DNA from: Phoronis australis
Lineage: Eukaryota > Animalia > Phoronida
Reading direction: 5' to 3'
Assembly: GCA_002633005.1 (NCBI GenBank)
Contig: NMRA01000172.1
Coordinates: forward strand, 617,871-681,870
DNA: 64,000 bases
Part shown: one piece after another, positions 51,298-62,700 of the stretch
Layout of the letters: every line of letters starts with the position of its first letter
Position numbering within the stretch: position 1 is the first letter of the stretch
Translations under genes and position numbers: made by a program
The notes under the pieces: generated by a model
The model's database searches: none
Told to the model about the DNA's origin: nothing
The model's input: the letters and a program-made list of their open reading frames with translations, nothing else

Positions 51298-53482
51298 GAT
51301 AATATTTCAGTGTCGCCGTGTGTTAAGCAGCGGAATGTTTTGTGTGGCGGTATGGGGGAAACTAAAATTCAAATAGTGGAATAGTTCACCACGACCGGAA
51401 CGGTTGGCAAGTACAATATACGCTGTCGGCAACAAGTATTGGATTGGATTTCTACAAGGCAAACTTTTCATTTTTTAAAAATTGTTGCACGAGTATAGGT
51501 AAATACTGCATATAACAGTGATTGCGCAGAAATCGAATTAACAACAAATTATTTGGGCAACAGTTAAACACTGCACTAATGAATTATACTAGAAACAATT
51601 GAAAACAACAAGAATTTATATCAACACAAACACACACTTAGCTACGCAAATATGAGTGGTTTTTAGGAAACTACCTAAAAACCTGTTACTAGGGCCTAAA
51701 CTTTTCATTCACAGAACAAACACTCAGAAACCAAAAGTCACTTCTTTCTGTGAAATACTGTAATATGATTTTAACACCGAAACATGTCTTGTTAAAAAAC
51801 TTCTACTGTGTAGTTGGATAGTTTGTCGAAAGTGCGTATAAAGAACATGGTCAATCTACTGGTCTGGTTTGTTGATTAATTTTGCCGAGAAAGCGCTGGT
51901 TGTCTAGAATCTAGCGCAAGAGTCTCGCTTAATGAACAAAAATGTCAAAATGAAAATGAAGCAATGATATTAGGCTTGGTTTGATAACAACACGCGATCA
52001 AACCTCAGTCGAGCAGACTGCCGGAAATTAAGTCAGTGCTGATTGAGCTCTGATAAAAACTGTGAAAAAATGACTCAAAATCCGTAGATTTACGATCTTT
52101 AGGTGCAGCTGCCTGGCCACCTGTTGATTCACATGACGTAGTGAGTAGGGAACAAGAAGATCCCGAAGTAATTAAGTGATAAAAGACCTTAGTCTTCTTA
52201 AGTTATTCACACGCTTCGTGATCAATGATAAAACCGGGATTTGGGTCAGATGAGGATTTTTACACTATGACAAGATTAAATAAAAGGGATCATCAAGAAA
52301 TCATCGATTTGAAGAGACTGGTTTGATTGAGCTGGGTGACACTATAGGTAAGTCAGATAAAATTGTCAAAGAAATAATGTTGTAGTCGATGTGTTTGATA
52401 TCATTCCCGCACAATGAAAAACCGGGTGACTCGGATGCGGCTTTTGTGAAAGTTGGCCAGAAACTAGAAATTTAAATGGCCATGGGTTACGAGAACATCT
52501 GTCGCTACCAGGCAATGAAAATCTAACGAGAAAACGGATTGATCTAAGCGTTCGAGGTTGTCGCCTGGGTGAGCAGCTCACTGGTCCGACGGTGCACTAG
52601 TCCGAAAGTCTACTAATAAAGCGGAACTGAGCGACAAAGCATTAACATTCTACGAAACTGATACACTGTAGCAAATATAGGTCTGCATTTGATTCAAACA
52701 GGTTTTCGGAATATTGGGATGTAGCCATTCAAAGCATGAGTTTAAATTAAGTCCAATTTCGCGCGCAGACAATCCGAGTGATGTGTATTAGTACCAGTCG
52801 GCCGGAGTATAATGCACTTGATTTTCTTAAAGATCTAGCGAACGAGAATTTCTAATTGGTCTGTTCTTTCGGTTGCAATAGAAGAAATCGTTCTATATCG
52901 CAAATTAAAAATGTGTGAATTAATTAAAAACACTTTTCCATCTTCCCAAAATATTCATATTGCCTATTACTAGTTACAAACCTTTGTTCTATTGTTCTAA
53001 AACATGTGAATGTATAACGTCACAATCATGCCCGACAGGACGTCCGACATGTTTTATGATCGTTATCAATATTGATTGTGACACACTTACAATAATTGAA
53101 GAGCCACTTACGTCAGATTTAGTATTATACATTGTAAAGACAATTTTCACCAAAATTTGCATCTTAAGTTGTTCAAAAATCACATTATATCGTTAATCTG
53201 TTAACAAATGTGACTTCTGTTGTTACTATTAAGTGTCTTGTTGGCGAGTCTGACGTAAAACAAATTACAGTGAATTGTGTACGTTTTGTCCCGACCACCT
53301 TGCTGTGACACCTTGCGGAAAAATGCTGAGCAGAACGTAAATATGTTAGGTTCGGAAATAATGCATTTAATTTAATTTGTGTTTAAAAATGGGATTTCAC
53401 AGAAGAAAGTGTTAAATAAATGCGTATTCATCACACTGAATATTTAAAATGTGAAGAAGTACTAAGGGATTATTATTATAAG

Positions 53483-53873
53483 TGACTTATTTTTATTTAA
53501 ATGGCATAGGCAAAAAGTGAGATCCCCTTCTTAAAATAGCGGGCCCTGCCAGCAGGCGGCCGAAGAGCGGGGCCCCTATATTGATATGGGCGGCCCTGCC
53601 TGAAGGCCCCGGAAAGCGGTGCCTGCAATATCAATATAGGGGGTCCCACCGGAAGGCAGCCGATGAGGGGGCCCCACTATATTAGTATAGGTGCCCCCAC
53701 TTTTGAGGCCCGAAATTCAATTTTTGCCTATGTCATTTTAATAAGAATAAGTNTATAGGGGGTCCCACCGGAAGGCAGCCGATGAGGGGGCCCTACTATA
53801 TTAGTATAGGTGCCCCCACTTTTGAGGCCTGAAATTCAATTTTTGCCTATGTCATTTTAATAAGAATAAGTCA
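53483..53873. mobile_element. MITE with ~34-bp TIRs and GC-rich internal sub-repeats
   Basis: TGACTTATTTTTATTTAAATGGCATAGGCAAAAA versus the reverse complement of TTTTTGCCTATGTCATTTTAATAAGAATAAGTCA. The last ~120 bp is duplicated across a single N at 53753. Confidence 0.8.
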
Positions 53874-53959
53874 TTTTAAAAAAGCTGATTACTGATATTT
53901 GACGTCACGGTGACGGTAAAATGTGACCCCTCCTAAGGTCACCTTAAGATGTTTCGAGT

Positions 53960-54280
53960 TATTGATTTATTTATTTATTAGTGTAATATGTACAATCAGG
54001 GTAGCCCCATCAGTCCACACTGCTTTCCATGGGGGCTCTCAGTAAAAACATAATGGCAGTAAGACAAACTAACAGAATTACAAAATGAAAGAATCTGACA
54101 ACATTTAAATAATCAGTAAAGAATGAGAAATTAACATGGAAAGACCGATGAAACAAAATAAAAAAATAAAATATGATAAATAGAAGAAAAAGAGAGTAAG
54201 ACAAGATGATTAACTAACATATAAATATAAATATAAAAAATTACAAAACAAATGAATAATTAATAAAAGTAAGACATAAC

Positions 54281-54312
<32 letters not shown>

Positions 54313-55020
54313 GCATGTATACACATACACACATGCATCAATACATGCATACATAAACATACATACATAAATATATAAATACACACACATACATAAATAC
54401 GTCACATGAATACACAATTGCATAACACACACATAAACATATACACAAATGAATAAAAAATAGTCTGATATGGGGATACTGGGAACGTAAGTGTGCTAAA
54501 CAGAACATATCTACGTGAAGTTAAATCGATTTCTTACAATTATTTTAAAAGTTATTAAGGATGGTGCAGATTTGGCATCTGCAGGGAGAGTGTTCCATAA
54601 ATAGGGCCCGCTGATTATTTCCCAGTTTCGTTTCTGGGTTTCGGAAGATTGAAGTTGGATGATAATGAGGACATAGTATTGTGGCGATTAGTAGTCATCT
54701 TAAACTTAGCACTTAATTATGTTGGGACAAAACGTTCAAAGCATTTGTAGATACAAGAGGAAGGTAGGAATTTATGTCTTGTGTGTTTTTTCATTATCCC
54801 AGTCTTCGTATGAAGGTTTTCAATGTTAATCTCCAACACCATCTCCCAGAATAATCCGGGAAGCCCTATTTTGGATAACCTGGATGGTTTTCATATCCTT
54901 GTCTGATGCACCGGTCCACACCGGGAGGCAATAATCTAGGTGAGATTGAATGATAGCATTGAAAGGGTTTTCAGTGTTACTCTTTACTATTTATGACAAT
55001 CGTTTACAAGTAATTCTAAC
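53960..55020 (-). mobile_element. 3' end of a CR1/L2-group LINE with stem-loop and (AATA)n tail
   Basis: Minus strand LKTLFNAIIQSHLDYCLPVWTGAS...IQNRASRIILG and LWNTLP, then GCCCCCATGG...GATGGGGC and aataaataaataaa. A TA/CA microsatellite sits in the 3'UTR. Confidence 0.8.
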
Positions 55021-55261
55021 AAAGAACTCTTCAGTTACGGTGAGCCTTAACCTAAGGTGGCTCTGAGTTAGTCACTCCAGGTCTCACCTTGCTCTTTGCT
55101 TAGATTACTGATACATTCATGCTTGGAAACAACCGACATGTCGTTAGTGTTCTGGACCAAGCTTCACACTGCAAAATTAAGAAGTCAGTTTGGAGATATT
55201 GGGTCAAAATAGTCAATATGAGGATAATGGTTAAGTGGACGTGTAATGGATTCAACCGACG

Positions 55262-55486
55262 CCCATTACGTCCATTTCATCAAAGTTGATAAAATCGGAA
55301 TTCATAGCCATTAGTATATATGGATGTAGTTCGAAAATGGACATTAGAATAAAGCATGAAATAATTGGTCAAAAAAGACCCAATTTGTCAAACAGCCATA
55401 ACGGGTTAGAATGTACTAATGGCTCAAACTAGATACAATGGTTTAACATGGACTTGTAGGTAATGGATGACAATGGACGTAATGGG
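55262..55486. mobile_element. 225-bp MITE in the last 5'UTR intron of GPCR B
   Basis: TIRs CCCATTACGTCCATT (55262-55276) and AATGGACGTAATGGG (55472-55486). Confidence 0.7.
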
Positions 55487-55544
55487 TGAAAATCTACATA
55501 TTGTCAGAACAGACGTTGGCCTATTTATTCCATACGCACACTGC

Positions 55545-55563
55545 TTTTTAATTTTTCTTACAG
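55545..55563 (+). promoter_or_regulatory. Splice acceptor of a 5'UTR intron of GPCR B
   Basis: tttttaatttttcttacAG|GGATAGGAGACAAGA, 56 nt before ATG 55620; conserved with paralogue A. Confidence 0.72.
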
Positions 55564-55619
55564 GGATAGGAGACAAGACGAAGACTAACTGCACGCAGTT
55601 TACAGAAAACCTAGTCGAG

Positions 55620-58250
55620 ATGTGCACGCCATTCCTACTTCAATGTGTTATTTTAGCTAGTGTGTTTGTTTGGATAAAACCGGAACTTCCCTCATTATAT
55701 GGTTGCGGCAACAAAACTGCTTATGATGTTGAACATTATACTTCTCGGACAACAAAATGTTTGAAAGATTTGCCGTTTCTTACATGTCGGGCTGATTTAT
55801 GCGGCTCAGCTGTTCAACAACCAGGTGGAAAAGGATCTAAAAAAGGAGCAAAACCGTTTAAACCAGGTGCACCATCACACCGCATTCCATTGTGCTCATG
55901 TGACTCTTTGTGCATCGGGTATGGCGATTGTTGTCTAGATTTCTTGACCAATTGTCCAGATCGTGCGAAAGACGTTATTCCAACGGAATGCTTTGAAGTG
56001 GTAACCTCTTCAAAGATTTACTCTACACTCATGGTGAACAACTGCCCAAATGACTTCCAAGATGACAAGATTGCTAGAGCTTGTTTGAACACTGACGAAT
56101 CTGTGGTGAGCAGAATTCCAGTGAGAGACAATGTAACCGGAATACAATACAGAAATCTCTTTTGTGCTCAGTGCCACGGAGTTAAGAATGTGCTGTTTTG
56201 GAAATTTAATCTCACGTGTTATGAAAAGTCTGAAAGTGCTACTGAAAGCAGTCTTAAAGAATTTCTGCATCGCTTGAATGACCCTCTTTGCAATTTGACC
56301 ATGGAAGATCCAGACGGCTCATACCGTTACTGTCATTCAAAAGTTGTCCGTGATTGTCCTCGTGGCTGCAAGTCAAATGAGTTGGTAAAACTCTGTCGAT
56401 CTTCGCCATCATTGTTCGTGAAGATTAATGAAAGATACTACAAAAATTACTACTGTGCACTTTGCAATGACCCGCAAAACGTAGCTGGCATGACTTGCAG
56501 TGCCACAGCGTCGCCAGAACACTCTGTTATTCCAAAGCCGTCTAAACCTATCCTGTGGAAATTTTCATTCTCACTACTTCTTGATGTGAATAATATTGGA
56601 AAAATTCATGTCGATTTGTCCGAATCTTTAGGTTTGAGAACAAAAGACAGCACCGCCTCCATAGCCGAGTGTGATTCGATTAATCTCACGGAATGCAGGT
56701 TTTCAAGCTGTCAAAAAGACTATATCTTGCAAAACGGAGAGTGTGTTCCTCACTATGCACTATCGTCCGTGCAAATAAACATACAGTATATTCCATCTCA
56801 CGGCAACGGCGTCGATACGGAAATAGGAAGTAAAAGATTTACGAGGGGAACCATGCCCTTTATTGTGAAAGGCCTGGAGAAGTTGTTTGACATAAACTCG
56901 AAACCCAGCTTCAAACTAAGCGTGGAAAATCACTTATTTGGAAGTAATTACTCAACCAATCAGATTCTTCTGGACATAACGTTCATGCAGCGAATAAACA
57001 AAAACAACTGCCTTTCACAGAAAAAACATAAAGCAACGATGTACGAAAACTTGACATCTCTCGTGAAATCGCTATTTTCATCCAAAGGGCTTGGCCCTGT
57101 GCTATCAATATCCCTGAATGCGAGTAATTGTTTGCCAGCAAATACCAAGTATAACGAATCAATGAACTCCTGGTATAGCTCATTGAACGAATGTACCAAC
57201 AAGACCGTTTATAAAGGTGACTTCAGTGTAGTAAGCAATGGTTACGTATTTCTACGTGATTTTGGTGGATCGGTGCCTAAAGCGGATGTGCGTAAGGTGA
57301 ACGATTCCTTGATCGTCTGTCTCGACAATATCCAAACACATGCTGGGAAAACGTCGGCTTTAGGAATACTGACAATTGTGTGCTTTTCTTTTTCTGAAGT
57401 GTTTCTTCTAATTCGCATCCTCCTCCAACCATTCTGCTCCGTGTATCATACATTTCCGGGAAAACTCCAGTTTTGCTTAACTTTACAGTTATTCCTGGCT
57501 GGTCTGTTCTTCCTTCTACGCCCAGTGGTAAGCGTTATTCCCTGGTTGTGTGAAACGTTTGCAGCCCTCACTCAGTGGGCTTATCTTTCGGTATTCGCGT
57601 GGAAAAATGTGATTGCCGTAGACACGTGGTCTACGTTTCATTTGACAATACGTCATGCGCCTCAAAATGATCGCCGACGTCTGCTCGTGTCCTGGTGTTA
57701 CGCCATTCTTGTACCTGCCGCAGTAACTATTCTATCAGTTGTCCTTGACTTTTCTGATGTCGAAACTAGTTTTCAACCCAATTTTGTCCACGGTGAACTC
57801 TGCTGGTTCACAGAAAGGAACGCATTTTTGATTTTATTTGTTGCTCCTATGACAGTTTTTGTTTTATCTAATATCATCATGTATTGCCTTATGGCACATT
57901 TTCTTTACAAGACACTTAAAATATCCAAGAATATTGCAAGCTCCAAAAAAATTTCTACAAAGTTAGAGTTCAAAGTGTATTTGAAATTGTTCATTCTCCT
58001 GGGAATGACGTGGATTTTCGGTTTCATTGCCATGGCAGCAAACAATGAGATTGTCTGGTATATTTTTACAGTGCTCAATGCGAGCCAAGGCTTGTTCATC
58101 TTCGTCGCGTTTGTTTGTACACGTCGCGTCTTGAATGCATTAGGATTAGGAAAAACAACTGGCCTGTCTAACCAAACATTTTCACCAAAATCTGCTTCCA
58201 CGTCAACAAGGTCGTTAGGAAACAAAGAAATCTGTTCGACGCAACTGTGA
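55620..58250 (+). CDS. Somatomedin-B-like/Cys-rich ectodomain family-B (adhesion/Methuselah-like) GPCR, paralogue B, 876 aa, single coding exon
   Basis: Signal-peptide-like MCTPFLLQCVILASVFVWI, SMB-like CSCDSLCIGYGDCCLDF, Cys repeats YRNLFCAQCH and YKNYYCALCN, and seven hydrophobic segments with secretin-family signatures (CWF in ECL2, KLFILLGMTWIFGF, LNASQGLFIFVAFVC). The start is set by alignment to paralogue A and the upstream acceptor. Confidence 0.95.
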   Translation: MCTPFLLQCVILASVFVWIKPELPSLYGCGNKTAYDVEHYTSRTTKCLKDLPFLTCRADLCGSAVQQPGGKGSKKGAKPFKPGAPSHRIPLCSCDSLCIGYGDCCLDFLTNCPDRAKDVIPTECFEVVTSSKIYSTLMVNNCPNDFQDDKIARACLNTDESVVSRIPVRDNVTGIQYRNLFCAQCHGVKNVLFWKFNLTCYEKSESATESSLKEFLHRLNDPLCNLTMEDPDGSYRYCHSKVVRDCPRGCKSNELVKLCRSSPSLFVKINERYYKNYYCALCNDPQNVAGMTCSATASPEHSVIPKPSKPILWKFSFSLLLDVNNIGKIHVDLSESLGLRTKDSTASIAECDSINLTECRFSSCQKDYILQNGECVPHYALSSVQINIQYIPSHGNGVDTEIGSKRFTRGTMPFIVKGLEKLFDINSKPSFKLSVENHLFGSNYSTNQILLDITFMQRINKNNCLSQKKHKATMYENLTSLVKSLFSSKGLGPVLSISLNASNCLPANTKYNESMNSWYSSLNECTNKTVYKGDFSVVSNGYVFLRDFGGSVPKADVRKVNDSLIVCLDNIQTHAGKTSALGILTIVCFSFSEVFLLIRILLQPFCSVYHTFPGKLQFCLTLQLFLAGLFFLLRPVVSVIPWLCETFAALTQWAYLSVFAWKNVIAVDTWSTFHLTIRHAPQNDRRRLLVSWCYAILVPAAVTILSVVLDFSDVETSFQPNFVHGELCWFTERNAFLILFVAPMTVFVLSNIIMYCLMAHFLYKTLKISKNIASSKKISTKLEFKVYLKLFILLGMTWIFGFIAMAANNEIVWYIFTVLNASQGLFIFVAFVCTRRVLNALGLGKTTGLSNQTFSPKSASTSTRSLGNKEICSTQL

Positions 58251-58319
58251 AATCAGTACCTGAGAAGTAACCCGTGTAGTGCGTTCAAGTATGTGGATAG
58301 TAGCAGTGTTTGGACTTAA

Positions 58320-58459
58320 CACGGGCGGCGCACCGTAGTGTACTGTGGAGCTATAGCCTCCACTATTTTCAGTGATGCGCCGCCCATGATTTATAGACGG
58401 TGCACCACAGGGGGGCTGGGTGATTTAGCCCCCAAGTTTTCAGTGGTGCGCCGCCCATG
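58320..58459 (+). mobile_element. Two tandem mini-MITE copies just downstream of the GPCR B stop
   Basis: Each copy ends TTTTCAGTG.TGCGCCGCCCATG; same family as 4192. Confidence 0.6.
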
Positions 58460-59251
58460 CTTCAGGAAATAAATGTGCTGGCCCGCAGGGTCAGAAGTGT
58501 GAAAATTTACTGGCCCATGTGCCAAGTTAACTTATAAAAATCACTGGCCCAGCCGCAAATTCAGTGGCCCCGGGACAGCGTGTATTTCAAACACTTGAAC
58601 GCAGCATGCTTTATGAAACATCATGAGCATGCAACAGAATATCGTATGTTACCGTGCGTTAACGAGCTTTACATGGAATATATACATATATAGTATACAT
58701 GTAGTGCTCAATTAATAGTAAAGTTGTGCTTAACACAGATGTAAAAGAACGTGTTAGCCTAACTATCAGTTTTGAGTTGAAGGTACACGAATAGTCACTG
58801 ATTTCTTTGTACTAAAGCGTTTGGATTTCTCAAATGTTGCATAGAAATTGTCTTGTTCTAGCTGCACTGATTTTTTGATGGCTGGAGCATCCGTGACAAG
58901 TCTACTCGAACATTGTGCTTTGCGATATCAGCGGCAAAAGAGTACGAAGACTTGCACTCACGGACTAGCGTGAACCTCTCCAATCGAATGATCAGATACG
59001 GTCTCAGTTTGCTAACCTTAGTAATACGTATGGAAAATCACTTTTATTGTAAGGTTGCCAGAAATTAGATTACAGCTGTAATGTTTCATTTCTCTAAAAC
59101 CTTAGTGATTTCACTCTTAAATGTCATAGTTAGTAAACAGCTGATTACGCTTTGTTGAACTTTTTGTTTTTTGTAGTAACGTGTTAGTCCGTTAATTCTG
59201 TACGGTTACCTTTTGCTTTCTGTTATTGGTCATCGTTATATTTCTACTTTA

Positions 59252-59254
<3 letters not shown>

Positions 59255-59326
<72 letters not shown>
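59255..59326. repeat. (CA)n microsatellite
   Basis: Uninterrupted CA run. Confidence 0.98.
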
Positions 59327-59333
<7 letters not shown>

Positions 59334-59788
59334 TTATCCCACAGGCGTTGAATCTGTCGAGGAAAATACGGCCATGTAATAGTGTATCCTGTATTCACCT
59401 CCTGCACTACTTTTAACAGTGCCCTCTGTACTCAAAAGTGGAAAGTACAAAATTAGGTCTGTGTGGACTACGGCGTCAGTAACCAGCTCTATTATCAACC
59501 TTCCCAAAATAGTTTCAAGTAATAAAACTGCAGCAGTATAAATAACACTCAACGTGCAATCAGGTCCAAAATTTAACAGCTGGTACAAAACTGTTCATTA
59601 TATGGTACTATTGTCTCAGTTTCATTTGCTGAGATACAGCGTCTGCAACTGACTCAGACGCTGTAACTACGGAAACCTAGGCGGCCACAAAAATAATGAA
59701 GCTCTATAGGTGGCGCTTCGAAACATGGCGGGTGTGTTTTAGAATTCGAGAACATAGCCTGCAAAAATATAAGCCCTGAAGCCTAACT

Positions 59789-62700
59789 ATGGAAGCGAAC
59801 ACATTTATTCAAGGCATGAAATCTGCACTCCAGGACTCGGATATAAAGGGACTGTTCATAGAAATGTTTGAACGTACTCTCGAAGCCTGTCTTCACTTAA
59901 CCGAGGGATTTTAAAGATATGCTACAAAAACAACAGGACGAAATTGACAGTCTAAATAGAAAGGTGAGCGAACTGGAGGAGCGTTTAGACGACAGCGACC
60001 AATATTCCAGACGAAACTGCCTGATAATACAGGGTGTAGAGGAAAATAAGGGGGAGAACACTGAGGGGCTAGTCTTAAACATAGCCAAGAAGTTGGAAGT
60101 TGACCTTCCTGTAACTGAATTAGACCGCACCCACAGGCTGGGTGCTTTTACCAGAGATGCCAGAGGTAAAGCTAGACCGATCATCGCTAAGTTTACTAGT
60201 TATCGTAAGCGAACAGGATTTCTGAAGAAAAGATCGACACTTGCGGTTAAACAGATGGATCAAGGGCGTGCCTCGGTGCAAAAAATATATATCAATGAAA
60301 ACCTCACAAAGAGGAAAGCTGCTATTTTTGCAGAGTGTCGCAGATTAGTGAAACAGGGACACATCAAGTTGGCATATGTGAGAGATGGGAAGATCTTCAT
60401 CAAGAAGATGAACGATTCTTATCAAGAAATGATGCGAATGGAACAAGTAAACGAGTTTGTGGAAGGTCTGTGGAAGAGTCAGCGCCAGACGCCAACGCCG
60501 GGACGGGTTTTGAACTGTGAGTAAAATGACGGCGTATGGTTACTTAATTGAGGTAGTCGTGCGGAATTGGGTTAATATTTTAGGCGGCGTTTAAATGTTT
60601 TGTATTAAATGCGTTTGCGTAGAATATCAGTGTTATCTCGTAATTTGATACTAGTACTTTTACATGTATTTCATGTTAATCTGGTGTTTCAGTTTCTCTA
60701 TTCAGCTATCTGCTTATTGAATTGCATTTTTTAAAATTTTAGTTCCTATTTGAATCTTTTCCTGGGCTAGTTATCTCTCGTAATTACGAGCTTTAAGCTG
60801 ATTTTTTCTTTGTGCCAATGCTGAACATCTGGTAGTGACTAATTCAGGGTTGTAACCAATGGCTTCTGCTCACATGCAGTGTTTTCTATTGTTCTTCTAT
60901 TGTTCTTCCTTTGGATTGCCATTCCATGGGGTATACCTTTATAACTACAGTAACTAGTCAAATACCCCGGGCTTTAGCATGCATAGGATGACTGTCGATG
61001 CGGGCTGCCTTCTCAGATTCAGGGCACCTGGCGTCTGCGGTATATGTTGTGGGTGCTGTTACAGCTCACTCATTTAATGCTTGTTTTTCTTTTTTGTCTT
61101 GATAGCTTTTTGTCCATAGTGTTTCTTCTCTTATACGAGTTTTTATGTTCAACACTGTGCAAATATTCACTGGTAGCATGTGCAGAAAAATTAATCAAAT
61201 CCAATTAAATACGTTAAATGTTTAATGTTACTGAGAGCAGTACTTGAATTTAGTCGTGGTCCACAAATTAAATTTCAACAAGAATGGAAATTAAAATACT
61301 TTCTTTAAACTGTCAGGGACTTGGAGATTCCGGGAAAAGACTTGATGTTTTAAAGTACCTTAAAGATAAGTCATACAATATTTATTGTCTTCACGATACC
61401 CATTTTGTGAAGGCTTTGGAGGATCAAGTCCAATTACAGTGGGGATTTTCCTGCTATTTCAGTTCATTCAAGAGCAATGCAAGAGGTGTTGCAATAATGC
61501 TGAGTAATAATTTTGAACATCAAATACACGGTTGGAGAGGTGACAAAAGTGGGAATTATATATTACTTGATATAGCAATGGAGGGAGAGAGAATTACGCT
61601 TGTAAACTTGTATGGTCTAAACGAGGACAAAAGTGACTTTTTTCGAACCTTTTTAAGGAAATTGAGGAGGTGGGTAATGAAAAAATTATTGCATGTGGGG
61701 ATTTCAATCTTATTTTAGACCACTATAAAGACGCGATACTATAAGCAACGCAATAATCCAAATGCCAGTGAGAAATTAAAAGAACAAATGCAAATGTGGG
61801 ACCTCGTAGATCCATTTAGGGAATTCCAGCCGAATTTAAACCGTTATACAGGGAGAAGCAAAAACCCTATAAAGCAGGCGAGACTGGACTTTTTCTTACT
61901 TTCAAAAAATTTACTTCACTGTGTGTGTAAAATTAACATAATAAACATCAGATCAGATCATTCAAGTGTGCTATTGAGTGTTAAATTTAAAGAAATCTTA
62001 AGAGGGAAAGGCCTTTGGAAATTCAACAATTCCCTGTTGGATGACTTGGAATGTACTAAAAAGATTAAAGAAAAAATACTGTGGTGAAACGTCAGTATGC
62101 TGTTCCAGTTTACAATCATCAAATGATCGATACAATTTGTAACAGTGAAGTTCAATTCGTAATTAATGACCAGTTGTTCTTAGACGTTCTGTTTATGGAA
62201 AGCCGTAACACCACTATAGACTACTCAATAAGAAAGAAGAAAAAACACATCAATTATGAACGTGTTTTAGAAGAAGCCATTAAAAGGCTGGAAAGCAAAG
62301 ACAACCTGACTGAAGGTGATCTAACAACTTTTGAAGAAAAAAGACCAATTTACAAGAATTAAGAAGAAACATTTTGAAGGGCTATGTTGTCCGATCAAGA
62401 GCAAACTGGATTGAAAGTGGAGAACGCCCGACCAAATATTTTTGCAACTTAGAATCAAGGATTTTTTAGTAAATTGAAAATGTCCACAACTCAAGGGACT
62501 GGGATTATTACATGTATTCCAAAACCAGACAAGCCGAAACAGTTTCTGAAAAACTGGGGACCAATAACATTACTGAACAGTGTATACAAACTGGCTTCGG
62601 GATGCGTTGCAAACAGAATTTAAAAAGTTCTAGATAAACTGATTTCAAATACCCAAACTGGATTTATTAAAGGAAGATTCATGGCTGAGAACACAAGACT

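Noticed and set aside
53636-53873. ~120-bp tandem duplication in the MITE
   Set aside because: Joined at a single N (53753) with near-identical copies; likely a scaffolding artefact.
55467-55619. 51-aa N-terminal extension of the 927-aa ORF
   Set aside because: Its start codons lie in a MITE TIR, it crosses a conserved splice acceptor, it would bury the signal peptide, and it has no counterpart in paralogue A.
59255-59326. (CA)n as a sequence-specific target of the adjacent Tx1-like LINE
   Set aside because: About 400 bp of unrelated sequence separate it from the likely 5' end, and the 3' junction is outside the window.
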